A stretch of 64,000 nt of DNA from an uncultured Nitrospiraceae bacterium (GTDB lineage: Bacteria; Nitrospirota; Nitrospiria; Nitrospirales; Nitrospiraceae): NCBI GenBank assembly GCA_963706325.1, contig CAVPLT010000001.1:768001-832000 (forward strand). The letters are read 5' to 3'. Shown in pieces: positions 41,980 through 51,880 of this stretch. The notes under the pieces were generated by a model. The model was given only the letters and a program-made list of their open reading frames with translations, searched no databases and was not told the DNA's origin. Positions within the stretch are counted from its first letter, which is position 1; every line of letters begins with the position of its first letter. The position numbers and the translations under genes are program-made.

Positions 41980-42297
41980 CTAGTGAGTCGTGAGGGCGCC
42001 AGGCCAGAACTTGTGCCGAATTTGCGGCAGTGGTTCGCTGTCAAAATTAGGAATATCGTAGAGGCAACGATCAATGGTCGAAACCTCCTCTTCCGTGAGC
42101 TCCAGTTGGACTTGCTTCTTCCAGAACTGATCGAGCGCCAAGTAATCGTTCGAGGTCGGTTTCTCGGCCAGGAGCGCCTGCATATGCTTAAATCCCTCTG
42201 TATCGACACCGGGCACGCGACCGTTGTTGCGATCGATGCACCACTTCAGGACTTCTGCGACACCGTACATAGATAACGGAATTGTTACTTTGCTCAT
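41980..42297 (-). CDS. Hypothetical protein
   Basis: GAGGAGG RBS; globular-looking 105-aa product. Confidence 0.7.
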   Translation of the reverse strand: MSKVTIPLSMYGVAEVLKWCIDRNNGRVPGVDTEGFKHMQALLAEKPTSNDYLALDQFWKKQVQLELTEEEVSTIDRCLYDIPNFDSEPLPQIRHKFWPGALTTH

Positions 42298-42536
42298 GGT
42301 CTCCTCCTCAATACTTGGCGGCATTGTAGCCTAAGACTTCGGCTCTTTTCAAAGGGGCGAAAGGCCTATGCGAGGACAGTACATTCGGGAGAGCCCCTAT
42401 GGGAGCCGCCAGGATGATGATGGCGACCGGGATTCATTGCGAAGCAAGATGGCCCTCTGTATACTCCGCTCGACGCCTGAAAATCGGGAGCGGCGAAGCA
42501 TGGACTTGGCCGAATTGTCATGCCTTTTTCATCGAG

Positions 42537-43733
42537 ATGGACATGAGCAGAAGATCTTGCGACCTCAAGTTGCTTCCTATGGGTCTCGGTCTCACACTGT
42601 TGACCGGCTGGCTCATCATGTCCGCCTGTTCCAAGTCCGATCCTTACGTCCCGCCTGACCCCTTTTATTATTTTGCCAGTTATGCGGTCGGGAAGAATCC
42701 GACGACGGTGACGCCGGCCGACTTTAATCGCGATCAAATTACAGATCTCGTTACCACAAATATTTCGAGTAACACGATTTCGATTCTTTTTGGCGTCGGC
42801 GACGGCACGTTTCATGATCAGGTCCAGCTACGAGTCTGCCAGGAACCTCGCTCACTCGCCGTCAACGATTTTAATCAGGATGGCCAGCTTGATCTGGCGC
42901 TGGCCTGCTCAGGCAGCGATCAGGTCTCGCTCATGTTCGGCCGAGCCAACGGGAAATTCGAGGAGGGGCCTCAGTATCCGGTGCACCGCACACCAGTGTC
43001 CGTCGCCAGCGAAGACGTCAACAGCGACGGCTATCCGGACTTAGCGGTGGCCCTGCGCAACGACAAGGTGAAGATTTTTCTCGGGAGCGCGAATGGCGAG
43101 TTTCGCCCAGGCGTTCAGTATGAGTACGGTGATACGCCTACCTCGGTGGCGCTCAGAGATCTCAATCAAGACGGCAAGCCGGAATTGATTGTCACGAATG
43201 GGGGACCCATGTTGAGCGCGGTATCAGTGTGGATCGGCAACGGCGACGGGACGTTTAGGGACCCGAAAGATTATAAGACCGGACGGCGGCCGTTAGGCGT
43301 GAGTTTTGCCGATTTCAACAATGACCGCATGCTCGATCTCTTGGTGATCAACGGCGAAGGGGATAGTTTTACTACATTCTTAGGGAACGGCAATGCCACA
43401 TTTCAGTCAGGAAAGGATTCCGGCGCCGATGCCAGTCCGAACTTTGGGTTGGCGCGCGACTTCGACGGCGATCGTATCGCCGATGTGGCCATCGTTAATC
43501 TGCAATCGACGGATCTCTCGATTCTCTTTGGACGCGGGGACGGCACGTTCAAGTATCCGCCGCGAAATTATCGAACGAAGTCCGGTCCATTTACCGTAGC
43601 GAGTTACCGTGTCTCCGCCGATAATGAAGAAGAACCTGGTTTGGTGACGGCCGACAATGGTTCCGGCAGCGTGTCGGTTTTCTTGCATCACGGACGAAAG
43701 GGACAGGTTCAGACAAACCGTACGGCGGAATAA
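42537..43733 (+). CDS. FG-GAP/VCBS repeat lipoprotein (beta-propeller)
   Basis: Lipobox-like MSAC; repeated DFNxDGxxDL and G.GDGTF motifs; start uncertain. Confidence 0.9.
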   Translation: MDMSRRSCDLKLLPMGLGLTLLTGWLIMSACSKSDPYVPPDPFYYFASYAVGKNPTTVTPADFNRDQITDLVTTNISSNTISILFGVGDGTFHDQVQLRVCQEPRSLAVNDFNQDGQLDLALACSGSDQVSLMFGRANGKFEEGPQYPVHRTPVSVASEDVNSDGYPDLAVALRNDKVKIFLGSANGEFRPGVQYEYGDTPTSVALRDLNQDGKPELIVTNGGPMLSAVSVWIGNGDGTFRDPKDYKTGRRPLGVSFADFNNDRMLDLLVINGEGDSFTTFLGNGNATFQSGKDSGADASPNFGLARDFDGDRIADVAIVNLQSTDLSILFGRGDGTFKYPPRNYRTKSGPFTVASYRVSADNEEEPGLVTADNGSGSVSVFLHHGRKGQVQTNRTAE

Positions 43734-43871
43734 CCCACTTATGTTCGCGCCGCTTTAGCCGAAGAGAGAGATAGGCAGAATGCTTGACACCCTTGGGGGG
43801 CTCGGCTAGAGTTCGAAAAGGCTGCCGGACATGGAGTCGCGCCATTTTCAGCCAACAGACCGCGGGGGCTC

Positions 43872-44072
43872 GTGCGATCGTTTTTCTGGTGGTTTTGCAT
43901 GGGCTGCCTCATGACTTTGGCAGTCTTGATGGTACAAGGCGGTGTGCGCGATCTGGTCTCTGGGGCCAATCCCACGGGAAGCGCAGGCGCGCTCCTTTCC
44001 TTTGGTACTACGATATTCGGTGGCGGGCTCTTGGCCGGTTGCCTTGCCCTCATCCTCAATCGTCTCCGCTAA
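43872..44072 (+). CDS. Small two-TM membrane protein
   Basis: Two hydrophobic segments; TTGACA-17-TAGAGT promoter at 43784. Confidence 0.55.
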   Translation: MRSFFWWFCMGCLMTLAVLMVQGGVRDLVSGANPTGSAGALLSFGTTIFGGGLLAGCLALILNRLR

Positions 44073-44151
44073 ATGGAACACGGCGCTGGTATCGGTCTGA
44101 GAGGGAGACCGAGACGCCTGTCCACTGGTTCAAAGGGGCTCTCATCGCGCC

Positions 44152-44340
44152 ATGCATTGTCTACGCTGCAAAGGATTCATGATGGTAGAGCGTCATTACA
44201 CGCTCATGAATCGCCGACTCTATGCGCGCTGCTTGAATTGCGGATTCTGGATTGATCTGGCGGATTTGCTGCGGTTTTTTCATAAGGTGATTGAAAGTAG
44301 CTTGCGCGGTGCGAAAGTCAGAGAAACCTATACCCTGTGA
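44152..44340 (+). CDS. Small Zn-ribbon protein
   Basis: MHCLRCKGFM...RCLNCG. Confidence 0.65.
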   Translation: MHCLRCKGFMMVERHYTLMNRRLYARCLNCGFWIDLADLLRFFHKVIESSLRGAKVRETYTL

Positions 44341-44385
44341 CAGCAGATTGAGTCTGGAAGTCACGAGAAAGCGCAGACAATCCGC

Positions 44386-45312
44386 ATGACATACTCACCT
44401 CGCCTCCTGTCGATCTGTGCCAGCGCCTTCCTGGCTTTGCTTCCGACCATATGGAGTGTCCCGGCCTCGGCGCTCGACAGCGAAGTGGACGACGAAGTGA
44501 TCACGGTTCCGTTCGATCCCAGACCAGTTCCTTCCACCAAGCAAGCGCATCATTCGCTGCGGTGGCGGCACGTTCCGGCCCACAGCATTTTGCTCAAGGA
44601 ATTGAAGACTGGAACGACACTCTATCAATTTGAGAGCGAAAAAAAGCTGTCCCCGGCCAGTTTGACCAAGATTATGTCCGCTCTGGTCATTCTGGAATAT
44701 GGCCATCTTGACGATGAAGTGACAGTCAGCCCGAAGGCCGCTCGCGCGCATAAAACGCACCTGCGTTTACGGACGGGCCAAATCTTTCGGCTCGAAGACT
44801 TACTGAAGGCGATGTTGATCGTGTCGGCGAATGATGCCTGCTTGGCCGCCAGCGAGCATGTCGGCGGAGACGAAGAGCGGTTCGTGGATCTCATGAATGC
44901 GAAGGCTGCCGCGCTGCAATTGCGGAATACCCATTTCAGCAATGCCTGCGGGTTTGATGCGCCGGGGCACTATTCCACCGCGGAAGACCTGGCCAAATTG
45001 AGCGAGGTTGCTCTGCATCACCCGGTGTTCAAGGAATTGGTCCGGGAGGAGCGGGAAATCATCATGCCGATCAATGAACATCGCGCCTATGTCTTGCGTA
45101 CGACCAACCGGCTACTCGGCCGTATCCCCGGTGTGCAGGGGGTGAAGACTGGGTTCACCTCAAAGGCAGGCCGATGTCTCATTGCCAAAGTGTCGCAGGG
45201 CGGGAGCGATCTGCTCCTTGTGATTCTCAATTCAAATCGTCGGTGGAATACCGCGACTAGCCTCATCAACTACGGACTTCGATTGAACTACAGCCGGGCC
45301 GGTGCGCAATAG
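44386..45312 (+). CDS. D-alanyl-D-alanine carboxypeptidase (S11)
   Basis: PASLTK (SxxK), SAN (SxN), KTG; signal peptide. Confidence 0.93.
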   Translation: MTYSPRLLSICASAFLALLPTIWSVPASALDSEVDDEVITVPFDPRPVPSTKQAHHSLRWRHVPAHSILLKELKTGTTLYQFESEKKLSPASLTKIMSALVILEYGHLDDEVTVSPKAARAHKTHLRLRTGQIFRLEDLLKAMLIVSANDACLAASEHVGGDEERFVDLMNAKAAALQLRNTHFSNACGFDAPGHYSTAEDLAKLSEVALHHPVFKELVREEREIIMPINEHRAYVLRTTNRLLGRIPGVQGVKTGFTSKAGRCLIAKVSQGGSDLLLVILNSNRRWNTATSLINYGLRLNYSRAGAQ

Positions 45313-45465
45313 CTGCCGCATCATTCGGCGAGACGCCTTCCATTTCGCACCTTCCCGACATCACCACGCGGTACCAATAGAAGCCTGTTCACTGGCCTGG
45401 CGGGGCACGCCGGGGATAATGCCGATGAAGACGCGAGAGTGGTTCGCCTAACCGGTGACGGGAGA

Positions 45466-45996
45466 TTAGTGGGGAATTGCGAACTCTACGTTGACGTCTT
45501 TTCCGAGGTAATTGACCTGAAAACCCTGCTTGTCGTAGGCGAGCACCGCGCCCATCACATTTTCGTCGCCGTACTCTTCCTTCCCAAGTAGTTTCCGCAC
45601 ATCGTCGGGGCTTTCACTATTCAACACATTACGAAAAATGCCCCGAGTCTTGTAGGCAAAGCGATTGTTGATGAAAATGAGATCGACTTTGCCGTCCTGC
45701 ACGCGCACCCCCGCCATAGGACCGGTCGGTTTTCGTTGATCAAGAAGGAAGATAAACGTCGCTTCCTGTTCCGCCTTGATGCCGGCGATCTTTTCATTCA
45801 CCAGTACATCCAGAGCCTTCCCCTCCGCATCCCCTAACTTGACGCCGAACAGTGAAATCTCTTGGCTCGTGATTGCCTTGGGGTCGGTCAAATCGTTCTT
45901 GCTGAGTTCGTACGGTTCGGCGCTCGCTAAGGCAGCGAGACACAAGGAACTTATCGTCGCCATGACCGCCGTAAACACCCACTTACGCTGCATCAT
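45466..45996 (-). CDS. Secreted hypothetical protein
   Basis: AAGGAGG RBS; signal peptide ending ASA. Confidence 0.75.
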   Translation of the reverse strand: MMQRKWVFTAVMATISSLCLAALASAEPYELSKNDLTDPKAITSQEISLFGVKLGDAEGKALDVLVNEKIAGIKAEQEATFIFLLDQRKPTGPMAGVRVQDGKVDLIFINNRFAYKTRGIFRNVLNSESPDDVRKLLGKEEYGDENVMGAVLAYDKQGFQVNYLGKDVNVEFAIPH

Positions 45997-46170
45997 GAAT
46001 GCCTCCTTGAAACGGGTCGGTACACGGTGGATCGTCTTGAGATGGGTGTCGGATTTCGAGAAGTGGCTCAGACGACAGGGCATTTTATCCAAGGGGCAGG
46101 CTAACTTTCAAGGTCGCTGGTAGGTAAGTCTCACGACCTGGGAAGGGTAGGGAGATCACACAGCATCGCC

Positions 46171-47115
46171 TTAACCGGCCTTCACCGCGCGTACCTTGGT
46201 CGATACAGGCTGCGTAGGATCGGACTGTAACTCTTTCATAGTGATCTGGCAAAGGCGGGCGAACTCCTCGGCGGCCAAACTGCGATATCGTTTAGTGAGG
46301 TAGGCCAGTCCGACTTTGTGGCGAGGAGTAGGGTCGTACAGCTCGATCAGTTGCAACGCTTCGCCGGACAGTCGCGAACGCACGTATAAGTCAGGAAGAA
46401 TAGTCGCGCCCGTTCCGTTCGCCACGGCTTGCAGGATGCCTTCCGGCGAACTCATCTCGAGCACAACCTGCGGGTAAACTCCTGCCTTGGCACATTCTGC
46501 CTCCACCATCTTCCGCAAACAGTAATCGACCGGCATCAGCACGAGAGGCAGGGTTGCGAGGTCCCGCATGCGCGTGCGGCCACTCCCAATAGTTGTCATG
46601 CCGGCCGGGGCAACAAGGCACAGTCGCTCTTCAAAAAGAGGCACAGTCGTGAGCTGCGGATGGCTCAGTGGCAGCAAGCAAATGCCGATATCGAGACGAT
46701 GAGCCAACAAGCCGTCTACCACCTCCGATGAAGGCTGGGCATGGACTTGCAGCTGAATGTCCGGGAATCGTTGCTTGAATCGCGAGACCAATGGGGCGAT
46801 CAAATAAGAGTTGACCGTCGAGAGAACCCCCACCACCAATCGTCCTCGCTTGGCCCCCTGTAACTCGTACACAACATGCGCGGCTTGCTCCAATTCGCGC
46901 AACGCTCGATCTGCATGGACGCGAAAGAGTTGGCCGGCCTGGGTGAGGATAACCTTACGACCAAGCCGGTCGAACAGCCGCGTGCCCAATTCCTTTTCAA
47001 GCTCGCCGACTTGAACCGAGAGCGATGGCTGGGAGACGTGCACATGCTCGGCAGCGCGACTAAAATTTTCATGTGTCGCCACCGCCATGAAGTAGTGAAT
47101 TTGGCGCAACTCCAT
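46171..47115 (-). CDS. LysR-family regulator (CynR-like)
   Basis: MELRQIHYF, FSRAA..HVSQPSLS..LE.ELG..LFDR. Confidence 0.95.
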   Translation of the reverse strand: MELRQIHYFMAVATHENFSRAAEHVHVSQPSLSVQVGELEKELGTRLFDRLGRKVILTQAGQLFRVHADRALRELEQAAHVVYELQGAKRGRLVVGVLSTVNSYLIAPLVSRFKQRFPDIQLQVHAQPSSEVVDGLLAHRLDIGICLLPLSHPQLTTVPLFEERLCLVAPAGMTTIGSGRTRMRDLATLPLVLMPVDYCLRKMVEAECAKAGVYPQVVLEMSSPEGILQAVANGTGATILPDLYVRSRLSGEALQLIELYDPTPRHKVGLAYLTKRYRSLAAEEFARLCQITMKELQSDPTQPVSTKVRAVKAG

Positions 47116-47135
47116 ATGTGGTCCCCTCCCACGAG

Positions 47136-47154
47136 CTATAGCTATAGACTATAG
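47136..47154. promoter_or_regulatory. LysR-type operator (T-N11-A)
   Basis: ATAG-N7-CTAT within CTATAG..CTATAG, 21 nt upstream of the LysR start in a divergent promoter region. Confidence 0.7.
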
Positions 47155-47299
47155 AACATATGCAAACAATGTATTGGACGAATACAAGTTATCCGCCCTA
47201 TGGTCTGGTGTCAACCAGAAGGCTGCTTGTCGGACGTGTGGCTCGATGTGGGCAAGGGCGATGAGCGGCTGGTCATGTACTTACAAGGGGAGGACTAGG

Positions 47300-47779
47300 A
47301 TGGCGTCGAATTATCGCGGACTTGTCATGCTGCTGCTAGGGGCGACCATGGCTGTAATGGGTTGTGCGGACTACGGGACATCGAAAGGGTCCGGACCTTC
47401 GGCTGCCACCGCGCCTGCCGTGAAGCCGCTCTACGATCGTTTGGGCGGGAAGCCTGCTATCACCGCGGTGGTGGATCAATTTGTGGCCAATGTTGCGGCA
47501 GATAGCCGCATCAACGGGCGGTTTGCGACCACGGACATTCCGAGGCTGAAAGGGTATCTGGTCGACCAGGTGTGCCAGGCGACTGGCGGGCCCTGTACTT
47601 ACCAGGGGCGTGACATGAAGCGCACGCATGCGGGGATGGGCATCACCACGGCTGAGTTCGAAGCCCTTGTCCAGGATCTCGTGGCGGCGCTCGATACCTT
47701 CCGCGTTCCAGCGACGGAGAAGAATGAACTCTTGAGCCTCCTCGGTACCATGAAACACGACATCATTGAGGTGCCGTAA
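47300..47779 (+). CDS. Group I truncated hemoglobin with a lipoprotein signal peptide
   Basis: LYDRLGG, GGP..Y.GRDM..H (proximal His); lipobox VMGC; GGGAGG RBS. Confidence 0.92.
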   Translation: MASNYRGLVMLLLGATMAVMGCADYGTSKGSGPSAATAPAVKPLYDRLGGKPAITAVVDQFVANVAADSRINGRFATTDIPRLKGYLVDQVCQATGGPCTYQGRDMKRTHAGMGITTAEFEALVQDLVAALDTFRVPATEKNELLSLLGTMKHDIIEVP

Positions 47780-47785
47780 CGGAGG

Positions 47786-47819
47786 GGCAGGGGAACGGTC
47801 GCATGGCCCTTCCCCTGCC
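47786..47819. terminator. Hairpin between convergent genes
   Basis: GGCAGGGGA...TCCCCTGCC. Confidence 0.45.
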
Positions 47820-47845
47820 GCGAGGTCGGCCTGTCGCAATCGATA

Positions 47846-48139
47846 TTAGTCTGGTCGATCCGAGTGGGCGAGCGCGGTCGCCAATTGTCGGAGGCGGCGG
47901 AAATATTCCAGGCTCTCTTCGTGGAGGTCGTCGAGCAATGCATCAAGATCGACGACGCAATCTTCTAAGATCGTGATACGTTGACTATCCAATCCCTCAG
48001 GCCCGTCGAGATAGAAGACGGCGCAACCCCCGATGACGGTATCCAAGGTCATCAGCTGCCCTTCATTGGGGCTGGAAAACTGCGGCCAGCCGGCTCGGCT
48101 ATGGGCCTCCCATAAAGCGGCGATAGATTGGTGACTCAT
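47846..48139 (-). CDS. Hypothetical protein
   Basis: 97-aa helical ORF in a co-directional run. Confidence 0.65.
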   Translation of the reverse strand: MSHQSIAALWEAHSRAGWPQFSSPNEGQLMTLDTVIGGCAVFYLDGPEGLDSQRITILEDCVVDLDALLDDLHEESLEYFRRLRQLATALAHSDRPD

Positions 48140-48176
48140 GATGGATGTCTCAATCGAGAGCTGACCAGTTCAGCCG

Positions 48177-48563
48177 TCAACGCGTCAGTAACCCTAACGC
48201 ATGCAGAAGTAGAACGGCAAGCGCGCAGAGTCCGAGCCCGACGAATCGATAATCGATCGCTTCGCGGGACAAGCACCAGCTCAGCAGAGGTGTGCGCCAT
48301 GCAGCGGCCCCCCACGCGAGGAAGGCGCTCTTGATGACCATCGCGCCGCCCACGATCCACCAAAGAGCCTGATAGGGGAGCTGTGAGGAGTAGACGACCA
48401 GGGTGCCAGCGAGACACACCCCCACAGCTTGCCAGCGAAGGAGGTGTGGGCTCTGTTGAAGCGATTCCTGCACCCTTCGGATGATCAGGAGGGGAACGCA
48501 CAGCAGGGCAAGACCGTCCGCCATCCAGATTCCGGCAAGAGCCGCAAGGAGATACCGTGTCAT
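48177..48563 (-). CDS. Small multi-TM membrane protein
   Basis: Four hydrophobic segments; DYRFVGL motif. Confidence 0.7.
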   Translation of the reverse strand: MTRYLLAALAGIWMADGLALLCVPLLIIRRVQESLQQSPHLLRWQAVGVCLAGTLVVYSSQLPYQALWWIVGGAMVIKSAFLAWGAAAWRTPLLSWCLSREAIDYRFVGLGLCALAVLLLHALGLLTR

Positions 48564-48595
48564 TATGAGCGACAGGTTCCAGGCATAGTATCAGG

Positions 48596-49852
48596 CTATG
48601 GGTAGAGTCCTCGTTGGAGGTGCGCCTGGGCCACCTTGTCGATTCCCGACATTAACGCCGCCATCCGCATCGTCGTACGTTTCTCGACTGAAAAGTGTAA
48701 GGTCCTGTGGAACGCACTGCTGATGATGTCCTGTAGGCGGTCCTGAACGTCTTTGGCTTTCCAGAAGAAGCGCTGCACGTCCTGCACCCACTCAAAGTAG
48801 GACACGATGACGCCGCCGGAATTCGCCAGAATATCGGGGATGATGAAGACGCCGTTCTCGGTCAAGATACGATCAGCCTCCAGGGTTGTCGGTCCGTTCG
48901 CTCCCTCGGCGAGGATCCGGCAGCGCAGGTTGCCGGCATTCGCGGCGGTGATTTGCTCGGAGAGCGCCGCGGGAACCAAGACGGTGCAGTCCAGTTGAAG
49001 CAGTTGCTCATTGGTAATGGGCTCACCCAGGGTGATTCCGCTGAGGGGTTCGTGCTGATCTCGATACCGGCGCAGCAGCTCTGGTATATCGAGGCCGTTG
49101 GAGTTGTAGATTCCGCCGTATTCATCGCTCACGGCGATGACTCGTGTCCCCGCTTGCTGCATGATCGCGGCTGTGTGGGAGCCGACGTTGCCGAACCCCT
49201 GAATCGCGACCGTGGTGTCGTTCACATCGAGCTTCAGGTGCCGCAACGCCTCCAATGTGACACAAACCACTCCGCGGCCTGTCGCATCCTCGCGGCCGAG
49301 GCTGCCGCCGATTGACAGCGGCTTGCCCGTCACCACGCCTTGCACGGCGTACCCGACCTGTTGGCTGTAGGTATCCATGATCCAGGCCATGACTTGTTGG
49401 TCTGTTCCCACATCCGGCGCGGGCACATCCTTATCCGGCCCGATCAGCGGAAAGATTTCCGCCGCGTACCGGCGGGTCAGCCGCTGCAGCTCACCGCGAC
49501 TCAACAGTTTCGGATTCACTCTTACGCCGCCTTTGGCACCGCCGTAAGGAAGGTCCGCCAGCGCGCATTTCCACGTCATCCACATGGACAGCGCCGCGAC
49601 CTCACCCAGGTTCACCTCGGGATGATACCGGATGCCACCCTTCGACGGACCGCGTGCCGTGTCATGTTGGACGCGATAACCGGTGAAGACCTCGACGTGC
49701 CCGTCATCCATTTTTACCGGGATACTGACGATGAGCGACCGCTGCGGCAGTTTCAGGCGTTCGCGGAGGTTGGGGTCCAGGCGCATCGCTTCCGCCGCCT
49801 CGTTGAATTGGGCTACGGCAAGGCGAAAGGTATGGGTATCGAGTTCATTCAT
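48596..49852 (-). CDS. gdhA: Glutamate dehydrogenase (Glu/Leu/Phe/Val family)
   Basis: KGGIRYHP, MTWKC, GGAKGG, DVPAPD, QGFGNVG, EGANGP. Confidence 0.93.
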   Translation of the reverse strand: MNELDTHTFRLAVAQFNEAAEAMRLDPNLRERLKLPQRSLIVSIPVKMDDGHVEVFTGYRVQHDTARGPSKGGIRYHPEVNLGEVAALSMWMTWKCALADLPYGGAKGGVRVNPKLLSRGELQRLTRRYAAEIFPLIGPDKDVPAPDVGTDQQVMAWIMDTYSQQVGYAVQGVVTGKPLSIGGSLGREDATGRGVVCVTLEALRHLKLDVNDTTVAIQGFGNVGSHTAAIMQQAGTRVIAVSDEYGGIYNSNGLDIPELLRRYRDQHEPLSGITLGEPITNEQLLQLDCTVLVPAALSEQITAANAGNLRCRILAEGANGPTTLEADRILTENGVFIIPDILANSGGVIVSYFEWVQDVQRFFWKAKDVQDRLQDIISSAFHRTLHFSVEKRTTMRMAALMSGIDKVAQAHLQRGLYP

Positions 49853-49863
49853 CGCGTCACTCC

Positions 49864-50679
49864 TCAAGGCTGAATTGCGCAGGGATGGAATTTGTCACAA
49901 GCGGCCGTCGGAGGCTCCATGAGGGAATGACAATCCTCCTGGCCGAGGGTTTGAATCCACGTCAGATGAAATCGTTCAGCAAAGACGGCGGCGATCCGCT
50001 GCTGGACGACTTGCACGTCCGGGGCGGCCCCTAAAATATCCGCCATGGTGATGACGCGGCAGTCCGTAATTCCGCAAGGGACAATATGGGAAAAGGGCGT
50101 GAGATCCATGGAGACATTCAACGCAAAGCCATGCGTCGTGATGCCTTGGGAGATGCGTACGCCGATAAAAGCGATTTTCGAGGGACGGCTGGTGCCGACC
50201 CATACGCCAGGCAGGCGCTCGAGGCGATAGCCTGAAATCCCCCACTCGGCCAAAGTGGCGATGAGAATCTCCTCCAGTCGATGGACGTAGGCTTTGGGAC
50301 CTGCGCAGTGCTCGGAAAGTCGAAGGATCGGGTATCCCACTGCCTGGCCGGGCCCGTGATAGGTGATAGACCCGCCTCGTTCGGTTCGAATGACAGGGAT
50401 CCCGGTCTGCTGCGTGAGGTGCTCCTCTCCGGGCCAGTGCCGCTCAGCAGTTGTACGCCCCGCGGTGAACACGGGATCGTGCTCCATGAGCAAGAGGAGA
50501 TCGCGGCAGCGATCGGCCGCGCGTCCGACCCGGCAAGCGCGCTGCAAGTTCCAGGCGGCCGCATAACTCAACCGCTCGCAGAGGACCAGTGTTCCGGCCT
50601 GCGGAGTGTCGGGTTCCTGCTCTACCGACGGCATGGATATGTTTCCAAGTTCCGCCTTAACGAAGTGATCGGGCATCAT
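49864..50679 (-). CDS. lipB: Lipoyl(octanoyl) transferase
   Basis: EHDPVFTAG, RGGSITYHGPGQ, HGFALN, PCG; start uncertain. Confidence 0.93.
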   Translation of the reverse strand: MMPDHFVKAELGNISMPSVEQEPDTPQAGTLVLCERLSYAAAWNLQRACRVGRAADRCRDLLLLMEHDPVFTAGRTTAERHWPGEEHLTQQTGIPVIRTERGGSITYHGPGQAVGYPILRLSEHCAGPKAYVHRLEEILIATLAEWGISGYRLERLPGVWVGTSRPSKIAFIGVRISQGITTHGFALNVSMDLTPFSHIVPCGITDCRVITMADILGAAPDVQVVQQRIAAVFAERFHLTWIQTLGQEDCHSLMEPPTAACDKFHPCAIQP

Positions 50680-51770
50680 GGGTGGAGCTGCTGTTGAGGA
50701 CGGGAGCGCAAGACCGTGATCGTCGCGGTACCGGTCTTTCCTTGCGCGCTTATCTGGAAAGCCATCTGGTCCCCCGCGCTTCGTATGGCATGCCAAAAGT
50801 CCCCGATGTTGTAGATGGGATGGTTGTCGATCGCCGTGACCACATCGCCGGATTGCAATCCAGCCTGGCCGGCTGATTTGGCGAGGTCCACTTGAAGGGC
50901 CAGAATCCCCCGATCGGTTTCGAGGTCGAAACTTGCCGCGACACTGGGCGTGACAGTCACAGGAATTAACCCGAGGTCCGGACGCAACACCGACCCGCGC
51001 ACCATCATGGATTGGATGTGGGGAAGGATGGCCTCCATGGCGATGGCATAACTGATCGCCTGCGCGGATGGCGCAATCGCCACATTGATCCCGATGACGT
51101 GGCCGTAGCGATCGACAAGAGGGCCGCCGCTGTTACCGGGGTTGATGGCGGCATCCGTTTGCAGCAGATCGTAGAGGGTCTCACCTTCCGGCGTCAGAAC
51201 TGAGCGGTCGCTTGCGCTGATGACGCCCACCGTGACAGTGGATCCTCCTTTTAAGGCGAGAGGATTACCGATGGCGATGACCGTTTCTCCGATCTCGACC
51301 GCGGCCTTTCGAGTGAACTCTGCCGGCGCCAGGTCGGGGGCCGTAATTCTGACCAGGGCAAGATCAAGCAGGAAATCGCGCGCGACGACGCGGCCGGGCG
51401 TGAGGCGACCGGTCGATAGCCCCACGACGACGCTGGTCACACCTTGTACCAAATGATTATTGGTGAGGATGAATCCGCCCGGATCGAGAATAATGCCTGA
51501 TCCCGAGCCCGGCGGAGCTCCATGTTGTGCCCCCCCTGAGGGCACGCCGCGAGTGAGGATGGTGACAACGGAAGGGCGGACTTTCGCGACGATAGCCGGA
51601 ACTGATAATTCTTTCTGCGATGGTTCGAAGGTGTCCTGTTGGGCCAAACATGTAGAAGGGGTGTTCACACCGAGGAAGTAGAGTACAGGAAGGGCCAGGA
51701 TCAACCATCGTTTGTAGGCAGCAGGGCGGTTGTAAGAGCCTATGACCATGGGGGGAACAGGTTCCTCCAT
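50676..51770 (-). CDS. HtrA/DegS-like serine protease (S1C, one PDZ)
   Basis: GSG, TNNH, DLAL, QTDAAINPGNSGGPL. Confidence 0.93.
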   Translation of the reverse strand: MEEPVPPMVIGSYNRPAAYKRWLILALPVLYFLGVNTPSTCLAQQDTFEPSQKELSVPAIVAKVRPSVVTILTRGVPSGGAQHGAPPGSGSGIILDPGGFILTNNHLVQGVTSVVVGLSTGRLTPGRVVARDFLLDLALVRITAPDLAPAEFTRKAAVEIGETVIAIGNPLALKGGSTVTVGVISASDRSVLTPEGETLYDLLQTDAAINPGNSGGPLVDRYGHVIGINVAIAPSAQAISYAIAMEAILPHIQSMMVRGSVLRPDLGLIPVTVTPSVAASFDLETDRGILALQVDLAKSAGQAGLQSGDVVTAIDNHPIYNIGDFWHAIRSAGDQMAFQISAQGKTGTATITVLRSRPQQQLHP

Positions 51771-51820
51771 CGACGCATTCTCTCACAACCAGCGCGGAGG
51801 GCGAAAGCGCTTACAAAACA

Positions 51821-51851
51821 ATACGGGCGAGGTGGATGACCTCGCCCGTAT
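51821..51851 (-). terminator. Intrinsic terminator of the sigma gene
   Basis: ATACGGGCGAGGT-GGATG-ACCTCGCCCGTAT followed by TGTTTT on the minus strand. Confidence 0.7.
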
Positions 51852-51880
51852 CGTCAACCGTATCCGGCTCGATGCCCGCG

